Shown piece after piece: positions 9,327 through 19,422 of a DNA stretch of 37,178 nt. Numbering within the stretch: position 1 is the stretch's first letter; the number at the start of each line of letters is the position of its first letter. The translations under genes were made by a program, and so were the position numbers. Under the pieces are notes generated by a model. It did no database searches. It saw nothing but the letters and a program-made list of their open reading frames with translations, and was not told the origin of the DNA. The DNA lies in the NCBI GenBank assembly GCA_031409335.1, contig JANNWY010000030.1, forward strand, positions 1-37,178, read 5' to 3'. This stretch comes from Chthoniobacteraceae bacterium. GTDB lineage: Bacteria; Verrucomicrobiota; Verrucomicrobiia; Chthoniobacterales; Chthoniobacteraceae.

Positions 9327-10220
9327 ATGCGCTTTCACACATCTTCGGTCACCGCCGCGGTCTTCGCGGTGATGGCGAATCTCGCGCCTCTCACGGCCGC
9401 TCCGCCAGACGGATGGAAGCTGGTGTTCAGCGACGAATTTGACGGTATCTCGCTTGATAAGACCAAATGGGGCACGACGATGGGTTTCATCGGAACCCAC
9501 GGTCCGCGCTACCACAACGAGTATTACCTGAGCCACAGCGAGGATGACGATGTGATCGTCGGTGATGGCTGGCTGCGCTTGCAGACCCAGCGGCGCACGG
9601 TCAGCGGGGACGAGAAGCCAGGAGTTTTTCATTACACTCAGGGCTTGATTACCTCGCACGGCAATTTTGAATTCACGCATGGCTATGTGGAAATCCGGGC
9701 GAAGTATCCCGGCGGAAAGGGCCTGTGGCCATGTCTGTGGCTGATGCCGCAAACGCAAGGCTGGCCGCCGGAATTCGACATCGCGGAATACTACGCAGGC
9801 AAGCGGACCATGCACCACGGCCTCGCGCATGGCAGCCTGTATGATTCCAAGTGGGACAGCTTTTGGGACAGCGAGACCGACTTTGAAAGCGACTGGCACG
9901 TCTATTCGCTGGAGTGGACGCGCGGACGCGCCGTTTGGCGCATCGACGGCAGAGTGCGCAAGGTGATTTCCGCGGACTACGTCCCAAACGCGGCGATGTA
10001 TCTCATCCTGAGCAATGGCGTGAGTTCCGCAGTCGGGCCTTCCGGTGAGCCGGATGAAAACACCGTGTTTCCCAACTCCTTCCTGATCGACTACGTGCGG
10101 GTGTATCGAGATCCGTCTCTGAACGAAGTCGCGCTCATCGAAAAGATGACCGCGTTACCGCAAGAGGTGGAGGATTCCGCTGATCCGGATGAGTCCGACG
10201 AGCCTGAACCCGCTCCGTAA
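9327..10220 (+). CDS. Glycoside hydrolase family 16
   Basis: Signal peptide, WKLVFSDEFDG, F.HGYVEIRAK.P.GKGLWP..W, WPPEFDIAE (catalytic ExDxxE), WHVYSLEW and IDYVRVY. Start placed at ATG 9327. Confidence 0.93.
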   Translation: MRFHTSSVTAAVFAVMANLAPLTAAPPDGWKLVFSDEFDGISLDKTKWGTTMGFIGTHGPRYHNEYYLSHSEDDDVIVGDGWLRLQTQRRTVSGDEKPGVFHYTQGLITSHGNFEFTHGYVEIRAKYPGGKGLWPCLWLMPQTQGWPPEFDIAEYYAGKRTMHHGLAHGSLYDSKWDSFWDSETDFESDWHVYSLEWTRGRAVWRIDGRVRKVISADYVPNAAMYLILSNGVSSAVGPSGEPDENTVFPNSFLIDYVRVYRDPSLNEVALIEKMTALPQEVEDSADPDESDEPEPAP

Positions 10221-10240
10221 ATCGCCTGCGAGATGATCCG

Positions 10241-12976
10241 TCAATCGTCGTCATCCACTTTAGTAATCGCCCATTCGGGATAGGGAGCCTTCGTGCCTTT
10301 CATCGCGTGCCATAGGATGCGGTTTAGGACGTCCTCGGGGCAGCGATCCGGTTCGTCGAGTTTCAGGCGGGCGGAGGCGATGGCGTCATTGCGAAGCACG
10401 CGATCGGCGACTTTCTTCGGCGCGGGATTCACCTGGTCGAGCGGGACTTGATTTGGCACGGATGTGAAGGGCTCAAAGTTTGGCGTGTCCGTGAAGCAGT
10501 CGGTCATCGGCGTGGCGGTGGCGTCCATGATGTTCATCGGTGGAAGACCGAGCATGAGTTCCATCGTGCGCACGAGACTTGTCTGGTTGTATTGTGTGCC
10601 GACGACGGTGCCGCGCTTTGTGTAGGGGCTCACGACGTAACAAGTCGTGCGGTAGCCGCTGACGTGATCCCATCCATTCTGCGGATCGTCCTCGATGGCA
10701 AAGAGGCATAGTTCCGGCCAGAATCTGCTGTGGCTGAGTGCCTCGACAATTTGACCCATCGCGAGGTCGTTGTCGGCCACCTGCGATCCCGGCGTCGGGG
10801 TGCCCGCGGCAGTGCCGCCGGTGTGGTCATTGGGCAGGAGCATGATAGTGAACTGAGGAAAGTTTCCCGTCTTCTCCGCGTTAGAAAGTTCATCGATGAA
10901 ACGCGCGGCGCGGACGACATCCGGGACGCTGAGGTCCCATCCAACGGTGTCCGGTTTGAAAAATGGCCGCAGCGATTCAATGCCCGGCCGGCAGCGAATG
11001 TTGGTGAGGCCCGTCTTCGCGAGGTGGTCGTCGTAGTAGTCCTTCCACTTTGGCTTTCCCTTCCGGGATTTGTCGCTCCAGCCACATTCGGAGATGCAGG
11101 CTTCGCCGTAGTTGCGAATGGTGCGGCCATGCTTCACGACGTTGTCCCAGATAAAACCCGCCGGTGAGTACGCGAGTGCATCCATTGAGTCTTCCGTCTT
11201 CACATTTGGGTAACTGCGCGGCCATCCCGCGTGCTGCCGCTCGACGTAGTCGGTCGTGATTGCGCTGTTGGTCCATTGATGCCCATCGGCGCTTTGAATG
11301 CCGGAGCAGTAGGTGTTGTCGAGCAGCACGAATGCGCGCACGAGTTTGTGCTGATTGGGCGTGTACTTTTCACCGAAGGTGCAGAGCGTCGGATCGCCAT
11401 TGCCGCGCTTCACGTCGCCGAGGACCTGATCGTAAGTGCGGTTTTCCTTGATGATGTAAATGACGTGTTTGAACACGCTCGGCTCGCCGACCCGCTCCGG
11501 CACTGGCCGCGCGGGCTGGCCGGGACGCGCGGGCAGCTTGGCGTGCTCGAATGTTTCCTGGCGGATGTTCGTGTGGGAAACTGCGGTGTAGGTCGCGAGC
11601 GCCTTCGCATCGGGGACCGGCACGATCGAGACGGTGCCAAAGTAATCCTTCGAGCTGAGCTTCGGCTTTTCGCCCTCCTTCAACTTCTTCGTGGAGCCAA
11701 TGCCTTTGATGTTGCCGACGCACACTTGGTTGCGGAACGGATCGTGAACGATCGCGCCGGGAAACCAGCCGACCGGGATCAACCCGAGCAGCGTGGATTC
11801 CTTGTCCGCGGCGTCGAACAGGATCACGCCGACCGCGTTCTGCGTGGCGTTGCAGACGAAGAGCCGTTTGCCGCTCTTGTCGAAAGCCAGCGCGTTTGGC
11901 GTGGCGCTGAATAGGTCGGCCGGCGGGCGCGTCCAGATTTTTTCGACGACCGAATCCGTCTTCGTTTCGATGACGCTAAGGGTGTCGCTGCCGGAATTTG
12001 CGACGACAACGTGCCGCCCATCGGGCGAAACCGCGAGCGCGCCGGGCTTCAATTCGACCGCCAAATCCGTTTTCACTTTTCCTTCCGCAAGATTCACGAT
12101 CGTCACGGTGCCTTCGCTTGCGATGTGCCTCACGGGATCGACCCGCACCGCGGTTCCGCGACCTGCGGGGCCGGTAAGATCGCCTTTGCCGGGACGGCGT
12201 CCGCCCCAATTGCTGACGTAAGCCTTGCCGGCGGCGAGCACCACATCGAACGGCGCGACGCCTGTGTCCCAAGTGCGCAGGACGACCCCCGTCGTCGTAT
12301 CGATCTCCACGAGCTTGTTCGCGAGATTCATTGCCACGTAGAGCAACCGTCCGTCGCGCGACACCGCGAGCCCGGAAGGAATCTCCGCCTTGCGTTTCGG
12401 CGCTTTTGCGTCTGGCAAAACGATGAGTCGCAATGCCGATACTTTGCCCTGCGCGACGGCGAACACCTTGATATCACCGTTCACGTTTGACACGTAGATG
12501 CGCGACCCATCCGGCGAAAAGACGAGTCCCGTGAAGCTCAGTTGCGCACCGGTGTCGGGCTTCGTTTTGACACCCGGCGCTTCACCGGATTGCGCTGCCT
12601 CTTCGACGGGATCGGGCGCGACCGGCTTCCCCGGAAACTTGACTTTTTGCAGAAGCACGCCGGACTGCGGATCGATGACGATGATCTCGCTCGTCTTGCC
12701 CGTGGTGACGAGCAGTTTGCCGTCCGGGCTCAGCGCGATCGCCTGGGGACGAATTCCGGGCAAATCCACCTGAATGCCCGCTGGCGTGAGGATCTGGTTC
12801 GCCGGTGTGTAGTAGCGATTCTCCCCGATCTTCCCCACGCGATCTTTCGTGTTGAGATCAGGATTGATGGCCGCAGGCGGTGGTTTGATGGAAGGCTCGC
12901 GCGCCTCGGCAGCGCACGCGGCAGCGCAAACGAAGGCCATGCAAAGCGCGCGATGACGCAGGGGTTTGAAAAACAT
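10241..12976 (-). CDS. Bifunctional YncE-type beta-propeller / alkaline-phosphatase-superfamily phosphoesterase
   Basis: Signal peptide and YVTN-like repeats (SPDG..LYV.N, IPVGWFP), then FKHVIYIIKENRTYDQVLGD, SADGHQW, LPNDHT, VADNDLA.G and EDDPQNG.DHV. Confidence 0.92.
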   Translation of the reverse strand: MFFKPLRHRALCMAFVCAAACAAEAREPSIKPPPAAINPDLNTKDRVGKIGENRYYTPANQILTPAGIQVDLPGIRPQAIALSPDGKLLVTTGKTSEIIVIDPQSGVLLQKVKFPGKPVAPDPVEEAAQSGEAPGVKTKPDTGAQLSFTGLVFSPDGSRIYVSNVNGDIKVFAVAQGKVSALRLIVLPDAKAPKRKAEIPSGLAVSRDGRLLYVAMNLANKLVEIDTTTGVVLRTWDTGVAPFDVVLAAGKAYVSNWGGRRPGKGDLTGPAGRGTAVRVDPVRHIASEGTVTIVNLAEGKVKTDLAVELKPGALAVSPDGRHVVVANSGSDTLSVIETKTDSVVEKIWTRPPADLFSATPNALAFDKSGKRLFVCNATQNAVGVILFDAADKESTLLGLIPVGWFPGAIVHDPFRNQVCVGNIKGIGSTKKLKEGEKPKLSSKDYFGTVSIVPVPDAKALATYTAVSHTNIRQETFEHAKLPARPGQPARPVPERVGEPSVFKHVIYIIKENRTYDQVLGDVKRGNGDPTLCTFGEKYTPNQHKLVRAFVLLDNTYCSGIQSADGHQWTNSAITTDYVERQHAGWPRSYPNVKTEDSMDALAYSPAGFIWDNVVKHGRTIRNYGEACISECGWSDKSRKGKPKWKDYYDDHLAKTGLTNIRCRPGIESLRPFFKPDTVGWDLSVPDVVRAARFIDELSNAEKTGNFPQFTIMLLPNDHTGGTAAGTPTPGSQVADNDLAMGQIVEALSHSRFWPELCLFAIEDDPQNGWDHVSGYRTTCYVVSPYTKRGTVVGTQYNQTSLVRTMELMLGLPPMNIMDATATPMTDCFTDTPNFEPFTSVPNQVPLDQVNPAPKKVADRVLRNDAIASARLKLDEPDRCPEDVLNRILWHAMKGTKAPYPEWAITKVDDDD

Positions 12977-13117
12977 GCGCGCGCACTGCAATTGCGGACG
13001 ATCCCTTTGTCAACAAGCCGCTCGGCGGAAATGGCGCTCGCCGCGCGCGGAGCAAAGTGATTCATACCGGCGACCGCCTATGCCTGCATTCACCGCCTCC
13101 ATGCACAGTCGCGCCAC

Positions 13118-14062
13118 GTGAAGAAGCTCATCATTCAGATTCCCTGCTACAACGAGGAGGCAACGCTCGCCGTCGCACTGCGCGCGCTGCCGCGACAGGT
13201 CGCGGGTTTCGACAAAGTCGAGTGGCTGATCGTGAACGATGGCAGCGAGGATCGCACCGCTGCGGTCGCGCGGGAAAATGGCGTCGAGCATGTCGTGGAA
13301 CTTGGCAGCCATCGCGGGCTGGCGTGCGCGTTCATGGCCGGGCTGGACGCTTCGCTCCGTGCCGGCGCGGATGTCGTCGTGAACACCGACGCGGACAATC
13401 AGTATTGCGCCGATGACATCCCAAAGCTCGTCGAACCCATTCTGCGCGGCGACGCGGCGATTGTCATCGGGGCGCGACCAGTGGATGAGATCGCGCATTT
13501 TTCAACGCTGAAAAAATTTCTCCAGCGCCTCGGATCGAGCGTGGTGAGGCAGGCGAGCGGCACCGATGTGGCTGATGCGCCGAGTGGCTTCCGCGCGATG
13601 AGTCGCGAGGCAGCGCTGCAACTGAACGTCTTCTCGCGGTACACCTACACCCTCGAAACGATCATTCAGGCCGGGCAGAAGAACATTCCCATCTTGTCCG
13701 TCCCGATTCGCACGAACGCAGACCTGCGTCCTTCGCGGCTGGTGAAGTCGATCCCGGCTTATGTTCAACGATCAATCCTCACGATCCTGCGCATCTCGGT
13801 GACCTACAAACCGCTCCGCGTCTTCCTCACGCTCGGCACCGTTCCGTTTGTGATTGGCACCGGGCTGGGCATGCGATGGCTGTGGCTTTTTGCGATGGAA
13901 GGCAGCACGCGCACACGTCTGCCGAGCCTGATCCTCGCGGCGATTCTCATCCTGATCGGTGTGCAGCTTTGGATCGTCGGCATCGTCGCGGACATCGTGG
14001 CGGTGAACCGCCGCCTGCTGGAAGACATCCAGGTGCGGGTGAAGCGGATCGAGTACCAATGA
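13118..14062 (+). CDS. GT2 glycosyltransferase (polyprenol-phosphate/DPM synthase-like, two C-terminal TM helices)
   Basis: IQIPCYNEE, VNDGSEDRT, NTDADNQY, DAPSGFRA and YTYTLETII, with hydrophobic C-terminal segments. GTG start. Confidence 0.95.
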   Translation: MKKLIIQIPCYNEEATLAVALRALPRQVAGFDKVEWLIVNDGSEDRTAAVARENGVEHVVELGSHRGLACAFMAGLDASLRAGADVVVNTDADNQYCADDIPKLVEPILRGDAAIVIGARPVDEIAHFSTLKKFLQRLGSSVVRQASGTDVADAPSGFRAMSREAALQLNVFSRYTYTLETIIQAGQKNIPILSVPIRTNADLRPSRLVKSIPAYVQRSILTILRISVTYKPLRVFLTLGTVPFVIGTGLGMRWLWLFAMEGSTRTRLPSLILAAILILIGVQLWIVGIVADIVAVNRRLLEDIQVRVKRIEYQ

Positions 14063-15651
14063 GCCGCGAACTCTTTGCCCATGAGGCTTTGGCGCTGATT
14101 CCGAAGCTCCTGACGCTGCAGGATCGCAATCCGCACTCGCCGACCTACGGCTGTTTCGACCGGAATTTCTGGCATTACAAGATCATCGACTTCCCAAGCG
14201 GCATGGCCGCGGAATTTGTCTGGCCGCTGGCGCTGGCTTACGCGCTGCCGATTCCGGGCAATCCTTTTTTCCAAATCCCCGCGATCAAGGAATGGGTCGA
14301 AGCCGGTATTCGCTACGCGGCCCGCAGCGCGCATCCGGATGGGTCGTGCGATGACTACTTTCCGTTTGAAAAAGCGGCGGGTGCAGCGGCCTTTTCGCTG
14401 CTCGCGTGCATCGAAAGTTATGCGCTCCTCGGTTTGCAGGATTCTGAGTTGCTCGATTTCTTCGGCCAGCGCGCGGACTGGCTCGCGGATCATCACGAGA
14501 GCGGCAGGCTGACGAATCATCAGGCGCTGATCGTCCTTTGCCTGGAAAAGACGGCGCGGCTTTTTTCCAGCGATCGCTGGAACAAGGCAAAGGCAAAGCG
14601 ACTCAAGCGCGTGCTCGACTGGCAGAATGACGAAGGCTGGTTTCAGGAATACGAAGGCTGCGATCCCGGCTACCACACGCTGACGATCGCGCTGCTCGCG
14701 CAACTTCAGGCGCTGGCACCTGCGACGGAGATCAAGACGGCGCTGCAAAAGGCGATCTATTTTGCCGCGAACTTTGTGCATCCCGACGGTTCCTTTGGCG
14801 GGGAATACACGAGCCGGAACACCTACAATTTTTTCCCGCATGGCTTTGAAATCGCCGGTGAGTGGATGCCAGAGGCGTTGGAGATCAACGACCGCATGCT
14901 TGCCGGGCTCGCGCGCGGTTTGGGCGCGTGTTACGCGGACGACCACATCCTCGGCCATCACGCGTGGAGCTACCTGCTCGCGTGGCAGCATTTCATCGAA
15001 GCGCGTCCGCCCGCGGGCGAACGCCCGGCAGGCCGCCTACATTTCAAAAAAGCCGGGCTGCTCATCGAGCGCCGCAACAACACCTCGCTTTACCTCGCGT
15101 TGAACAAAGGCGGCGTCTTCAAATTCTTCCGCGGCGACGAACTCGTTTATTCAGACACGCAATTCTCCGTGCAGGTCGCAAGCGGCAAGAAAGTGCGGAC
15201 CGCAGTGGCGCATCTCGTCGGGAAATACGACGCGGACATTGCGGCTGATGGCATCACGATCCGCGGAAAGCTCGGCTGGGCAAAGACGAAGCAGATGACG
15301 ACATTCAACCTCGTCGTGCTGCGCGGCCTGATGTTCACGGTGGGGCGATTCTTCCCAAATCTCATCCGCAAAATGCTGCAAAAGCTGCTCATCACCGGGA
15401 AGAAATCCGCGCCATTTCAGTTCGTCCGCGCGATCGCGTGGGAAGCGGATGGGCTGCGCGTGAGCGATGAGCTGATCGCGGAATCGTGGGTGGATGTCCG
15501 CGAAGTGGGAATCGGCGCGGCGCAAACATCCATCTATGTCGTGATGAGTCGGACGTATCAGGCGGGGCAATTGCAACCCTGGCTGAATCTCAACGATCAA
15601 CTCGGCGACGCCGAAAAGGACGGACGGCTGAGCGTCGAGCGGACGTTCTGA
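14059..15651 (+). CDS. Conserved hypothetical alpha/alpha-toroid protein (heparinase II/III- or prenyltransferase-like repeats)
   Basis: ATGA overlap with the GT2 stop. Repeated HPDGS/QNDEGW segments, EYEGCDPGY and QDRNPHSPTYGCFDRNFWHY. The fold is inferred. Confidence 0.75.
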   Translation: MSRELFAHEALALIPKLLTLQDRNPHSPTYGCFDRNFWHYKIIDFPSGMAAEFVWPLALAYALPIPGNPFFQIPAIKEWVEAGIRYAARSAHPDGSCDDYFPFEKAAGAAAFSLLACIESYALLGLQDSELLDFFGQRADWLADHHESGRLTNHQALIVLCLEKTARLFSSDRWNKAKAKRLKRVLDWQNDEGWFQEYEGCDPGYHTLTIALLAQLQALAPATEIKTALQKAIYFAANFVHPDGSFGGEYTSRNTYNFFPHGFEIAGEWMPEALEINDRMLAGLARGLGACYADDHILGHHAWSYLLAWQHFIEARPPAGERPAGRLHFKKAGLLIERRNNTSLYLALNKGGVFKFFRGDELVYSDTQFSVQVASGKKVRTAVAHLVGKYDADIAADGITIRGKLGWAKTKQMTTFNLVVLRGLMFTVGRFFPNLIRKMLQKLLITGKKSAPFQFVRAIAWEADGLRVSDELIAESWVDVREVGIGAAQTSIYVVMSRTYQAGQLQPWLNLNDQLGDAEKDGRLSVERTF

Positions 15652-15733
15652 AGGACGGTGGGTGGGTGGATGGCACAAACGCGCGACCCCGCAGTCCAGA
15701 GCCTTCGGCTTTCCTTCTCGCGGCGGCGAAAAG

Positions 15734-16246
15734 TCAGTTCCCGTCGTCCTCGCCGAGGTATCGTTTGCGAATGAGTTTTCCCTGCTCGTCGATCTCGATC
15801 TGATACTTGCGTTTCCCGACCGTGATCTCGGCGAGGTAAGTCTTCGCGTTCACCTGCACCTCCCGAATCGGCGCGCCATTCGATTCCCGCGACAGCGTTT
15901 TCTTGATCGCCGCAGGCAGGCTATCGACCGTCAAAGGCTTCTCCTCCTTGTGTTCATCGTCGCGTTCCTTGCTCATCACGCGACCCGCGGCATCCAGCGT
16001 CAGCAGATAGTTTTGCCCTTCGATCAGCAGACCCACGACGTAAGTTGCGCCGTCATTTTCATTCACGCGGCGAAAGTCATGCACCTTTCCGTCGCCCTGC
16101 TCCTGCTTGATCGCCGCCTGCACCGCGAGCGGGATTTCGATCGTCAGTTTCCCGTCCTCCTTTTCCTGCGCGAGCGCGCTGGTGCAAGTCCATACGAGCG
16201 TGGAAACGAGAACGATTTGTGGGACGAGCCGAAGGAGTATTTTCAT
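15734..16246 (-). CDS. Secreted PepSY-like (BLIP-like) repeat protein
   Basis: Signal peptide and two repeats of 'LP.A(V/I)...I.......I.......Y........Y....D..G..'. Overlaps the lgt stop (ATGA). Confidence 0.8.
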   Translation of the reverse strand: MKILLRLVPQIVLVSTLVWTCTSALAQEKEDGKLTIEIPLAVQAAIKQEQGDGKVHDFRRVNENDGATYVVGLLIEGQNYLLTLDAAGRVMSKERDDEHKEEKPLTVDSLPAAIKKTLSRESNGAPIREVQVNAKTYLAEITVGKRKYQIEIDEQGKLIRKRYLGEDDGN

Positions 16247-17085
16247 GCGTGTGCAGTGCCAGTTTTGGGTTCCACCGTCAATGTGAGAGCCCGTTCAAAC
16301 TGCTGCGCGCGCCTGCCCCAGACGATGAAGGCCGCGCCGATCACGAAGAGAAAAAGGGAAAGAAATTGCCCCGCCGAAAATCTCCCGACGGCCCACGCCG
16401 GATCGGGCTCACGGAAAATTTCGCCGACGATCCGCAGCGCGGCGTACAGGATGAAAAAAGCGCCCGTGATCACGCCGCGCGGGACCCGCGCACGGGTGCG
16501 GAGGAGCCAGAGAATGCCGAAGAGCACGATGCCTTCGAGCCCGGCTTCGTAGAGCTGCGAGGGATGGCGTGGAAACTCCGGCTCGGCGGGAAAGATGACG
16601 GCCCACGGCACGTCGGAAGGCTTTCCAAAAAGCTCGCCGTTGATGAAGTTCGCGCAGCGTACGAGGAACAATCCGATCGGCGCGACGACACACAGCGAGT
16701 CGCCAATACTCGTCCACGAAAGACGATGGCGCTTCGCCCAGTAGAACGTGAACAGCACCAGACCGATGATGCCGCCATGGCTGGCCATGCCGCCTTCCCA
16801 CACTTTGAAAAGCGTCAGCGGATTTGCCGCCACATCCTGCCAGCCGTAAAAAATCGCCCACCCGATCCGTCCGCCTAGCATCACGCCGAACACCGCGGCC
16901 CACGTGATGAAATCGCCCACTTGCTCCGCGGGCATCTGCGTGTAGCCGCGCTCCGCGAGCCAGCGGTAGAGCCGGTAGCCGAGCAGGAATGCGGCGACAT
17001 ACGCGACGCCGTACCAGCGCAGACCCACGCCTTCGCGAATTTCGACGACGAATGGACTGAACTGATGAACGAAGTATGCGAGCAC
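16243..17085 (-). CDS. lgt: Prolipoprotein diacylglyceryl transferase
   Basis: LRWYG, LGGRIG, WEGGMASHGG, R.ANFINGELFG, RHPSQLYE and R...E.FREPD. Confidence 0.97.
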   Translation of the reverse strand: MLAYFVHQFSPFVVEIREGVGLRWYGVAYVAAFLLGYRLYRWLAERGYTQMPAEQVGDFITWAAVFGVMLGGRIGWAIFYGWQDVAANPLTLFKVWEGGMASHGGIIGLVLFTFYWAKRHRLSWTSIGDSLCVVAPIGLFLVRCANFINGELFGKPSDVPWAVIFPAEPEFPRHPSQLYEAGLEGIVLFGILWLLRTRARVPRGVITGAFFILYAALRIVGEIFREPDPAWAVGRFSAGQFLSLFLFVIGAAFIVWGRRAQQFERALTLTVEPKTGTAHA

Positions 17086-17142
17086 GTCCGCCTTCTCGCG
17101 GAAATTTCCGCAATCGGAAACACGAAATCTGACGCTGGCGAA

Positions 17143-18357
17143 CTACTCGGTAGTACGGGCCAGTGGCCGGGACGCAGCGCCGGGCGTGATGTGCAGCGCC
17201 TCGAGATTGAGCCGCATCCCCGTCGGCGCGTCGTCTTCGGGAAAGAGCTCCTTTTTCACCGTATCGAGCGACTTGCGCATGGCCGGTTTGTTCACGCTGT
17301 AGAGCATCGCCGTGTCTTCGGAAATCCGGCCCTCCTTGAAATGCGTGATGAGCGATTGCTCAAAGCTGTGCCAGCCATTCTGAAAGTTCGCCTCGATGAT
17401 CTCGTGGTAATTGCGCAGCTCCGACTCGCCGAGCAGCACCGCTTCGCGCGTCCGCAGATTGCTGCCCATGATCTCCGTCACCAGCACGCGCCCGCCGGTT
17501 TTCTTCGGCGCAAGGCGCTGGCTGATCACGCAGCGCAGCGTGTCGGCAAGCCGCTGCCGGACCTGCTCCTCCTCGTCACTCGTAAACATGCCGATGATGC
17601 GGTTGATCGACTGCGACGCGCTGATCGTGTGGAGTGTGGAGAAAACGATATGGCCGGTTTCCGCTGCGGTGAGCGCAATCTCCATCGTCTCGCGATCCCG
17701 GATTTCACCGACGAGGATAACTTTCGGAGCCTGGCGCAGCGCGGCGCGGAGGCCGGTGGCGAAGTCCGAAAAATCACGCCCGAGTTCGCGTTGGGAAAAG
17801 GTGGCCTTGAGATGCGGGTGGAGAAATTCGATCGGGTCTTCCAGCGTCACCATGTGAATTTCGGAAGTCTGATTCAACTCGTTGAGCATCGCCGCCAGCG
17901 TCGTCGTTTTGCCGGAGCCCGTAGCGCCCGTGACGAAAATGATCCCCGTTTTTTCCTTCACGATCTGTCGGCACAGCGGCGGCAGTTTCAGCGCGTCGAT
18001 GGTGGGAATCTGCGTGTTCAGTTTCCGCATCACGATCGCGTGATTGCCATTCTGTCGGAAAATATTCACCCGGAAGCGCGCGACGTTCGGCACCGCGTAA
18101 CTCGTGTCGCACGAGCCGTTGTTTTTCAAATCGCTCTTCACCCGCTCGTTGTCACCCATCAGCTTCGTCGCAATGCCCTGAGTGTGTTGCGGCTGGAGCA
18201 CCGGCATGAAGCTGGGAATATCGACACCCTTGAGTTTCCCATACACCTCGACCTGCGGCGGACGCCCGACCACGAACAGTAAATCCGAGACACCGTCCCC
18301 CGCCTTCAGCATGTCGGTTAGCACGGAGTCGAATGAAATGGTTTCGGGATTGCTCAT
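17143..18357 (-). CDS. pilT: PilT/PilU-family type IV pilus retraction-type ATPase
   Basis: ARFRVNIFRQ, Walker A GATGSGKTT, TLEDPIEF, Walker B ILVGEIRD and His box AAETGH..FSTLHT. The AIRNLIRE motif is divergent (RTREAVLLGE), so this may be a paralog. The start may be at 18372. Confidence 0.88.
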   Translation of the reverse strand: MSNPETISFDSVLTDMLKAGDGVSDLLFVVGRPPQVEVYGKLKGVDIPSFMPVLQPQHTQGIATKLMGDNERVKSDLKNNGSCDTSYAVPNVARFRVNIFRQNGNHAIVMRKLNTQIPTIDALKLPPLCRQIVKEKTGIIFVTGATGSGKTTTLAAMLNELNQTSEIHMVTLEDPIEFLHPHLKATFSQRELGRDFSDFATGLRAALRQAPKVILVGEIRDRETMEIALTAAETGHIVFSTLHTISASQSINRIIGMFTSDEEEQVRQRLADTLRCVISQRLAPKKTGGRVLVTEIMGSNLRTREAVLLGESELRNYHEIIEANFQNGWHSFEQSLITHFKEGRISEDTAMLYSVNKPAMRKSLDTVKKELFPEDDAPTGMRLNLEALHITPGAASRPLARTTE

Positions 18358-18503
18358 AGTGGATCGGCTCATGGGGAACATTTTCCATACCAACGGCACG
18401 CGGCGGAAAGCGCAGCCGTCCAGCCCCGGGGTGCGGCCCGCGGCAAATCCGGTCCCAAGCGGGGTGGCGCTGCCTCCGCGGGCAAGCCGTTCGTCCCCTC
18501 GTT

Positions 18504-18627
18504 CCCTCGTTCCCAAGTTGCACTTGGGAACGCCTCTGCGGGCGAAGTTTCACTTCGTGGGAGGGCGGGGTCGGGAAGCACAACTTCGGGGACGGGTGCG
18601 TTACCAAGTGCCACTTGGTCAGGAGGG
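18504..18627. repeat. Composite REP/REPIN-like element (CGTTCCCAAG-type outer palindromes, GAAG/CTTC inner hairpins)
   Basis: The outer 29-nt arms CCCTCGTTCCCAAGTTGCACTTGGGAACG (18504-18532) and 18599-18627 are inverted (24/29) and each is itself palindromic. The inner hairpins are CGAAGT-ttc-ACTTCG and GAAG-cacaa-CTTC. Confidence 0.85.
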
Positions 18628-18702
18628 CGGTAAAGTCGGGGATTCACGATTCACGAGGGGCCTCCTTCTTCCACGCATGAAGTTTTTCGTCGGTGGACAG
18701 TG

Positions 18703-19026
18703 TTATATGCGCGACTCGCGCCGGAAAAGCCGTGGCAGATGCCGTGCGCCGTGGACGATGTAGAGCACGCGGACGGCATCCCCGGTGATCCGGTAAAACA
18801 CGACATAGTTGCTAAAGCCGGTTACCGGCAGCATCCGCACGTCGCGCAGGCTTGCGTTTCGAGAGGGAAAAAGGACACCGCATTCCGGCTGGCTGGCGAG
18901 CAGGGCCAGCGTCGTCTCCACCGCATCGAGCACGCGTTCCGCCGCCGCTCGATCATCCTTCGCGATAAACGCGCAGATCGCTGGCAAATCATCTTCGATG
19001 ACTGCCCCGTGCCGCTCGATCCTCAC
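18703..19026 (-). CDS. Type II TA toxin, RelE/ParE family
   Basis: EDDLPAICAFIAKDDRAAAERVLDAVETTL.LL..QPECG, R..PV.GF.NYVVFYR and V.VLYIVHGARHL. The GTG start overlaps the antitoxin TGA (GTGA). Confidence 0.92.
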   Translation of the reverse strand: MRIERHGAVIEDDLPAICAFIAKDDRAAAERVLDAVETTLALLASQPECGVLFPSRNASLRDVRMLPVTGFSNYVVFYRITGDAVRVLYIVHGARHLPRLFRRESRI

Positions 19027-19259
19027 TCCGCGCGCAATCTCGTGGCCGACTGGCGGACGCGTTCCTTCCAATCCTCTTCCAGCGGTTCAAACGGGCCGTT
19101 CAACCGGGCGCTCAGGGTTTCTTCCAATGCGCCCGCTGCGCAGTCCGACTCCACCAATGTCAGGAGATAAGCCTCTTTCGATTCCGCCCCCGTAGCCCGA
19201 ATGCGCTTGGCGAGCATCGCATCCAAATCATCGGGAAGCGCGAGAGTGATCGTTGACAT
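19023..19259 (-). CDS. ParD-like ribbon-helix-helix antitoxin
   Basis: MSTITLALPDDLDAMLAKRIRATGAESKEAYL..LV is an RHH-like N-terminus, followed by an acidic C-terminus. It lies directly upstream of and is coupled to the ParE-like gene. Confidence 0.85.
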   Translation of the reverse strand: MSTITLALPDDLDAMLAKRIRATGAESKEAYLLTLVESDCAAGALEETLSARLNGPFEPLEEDWKERVRQSATRLRAE

Positions 19260-19422
19260 GCCGGGACAATGAAATGCTACGTGCCGCTTGGCAAGAAATG
19301 GCGTTTCGCCAGAATGAACGGCACTCGGCGAAGAAGAGCAGCTTGAAATTCTCTTCGGAGGCAACGTGCCTTGCCACCAGCACCCTGATTGACCTCCCTG
19401 AATCACATAGGTATTCGAGTCC

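Noticed and set aside
18358..18516. N-terminal extension of the PilT ORF to 18516
   Set aside because: It begins inside the REP-like element and has no PilT similarity. A start at 18357 or 18372 is more plausible.
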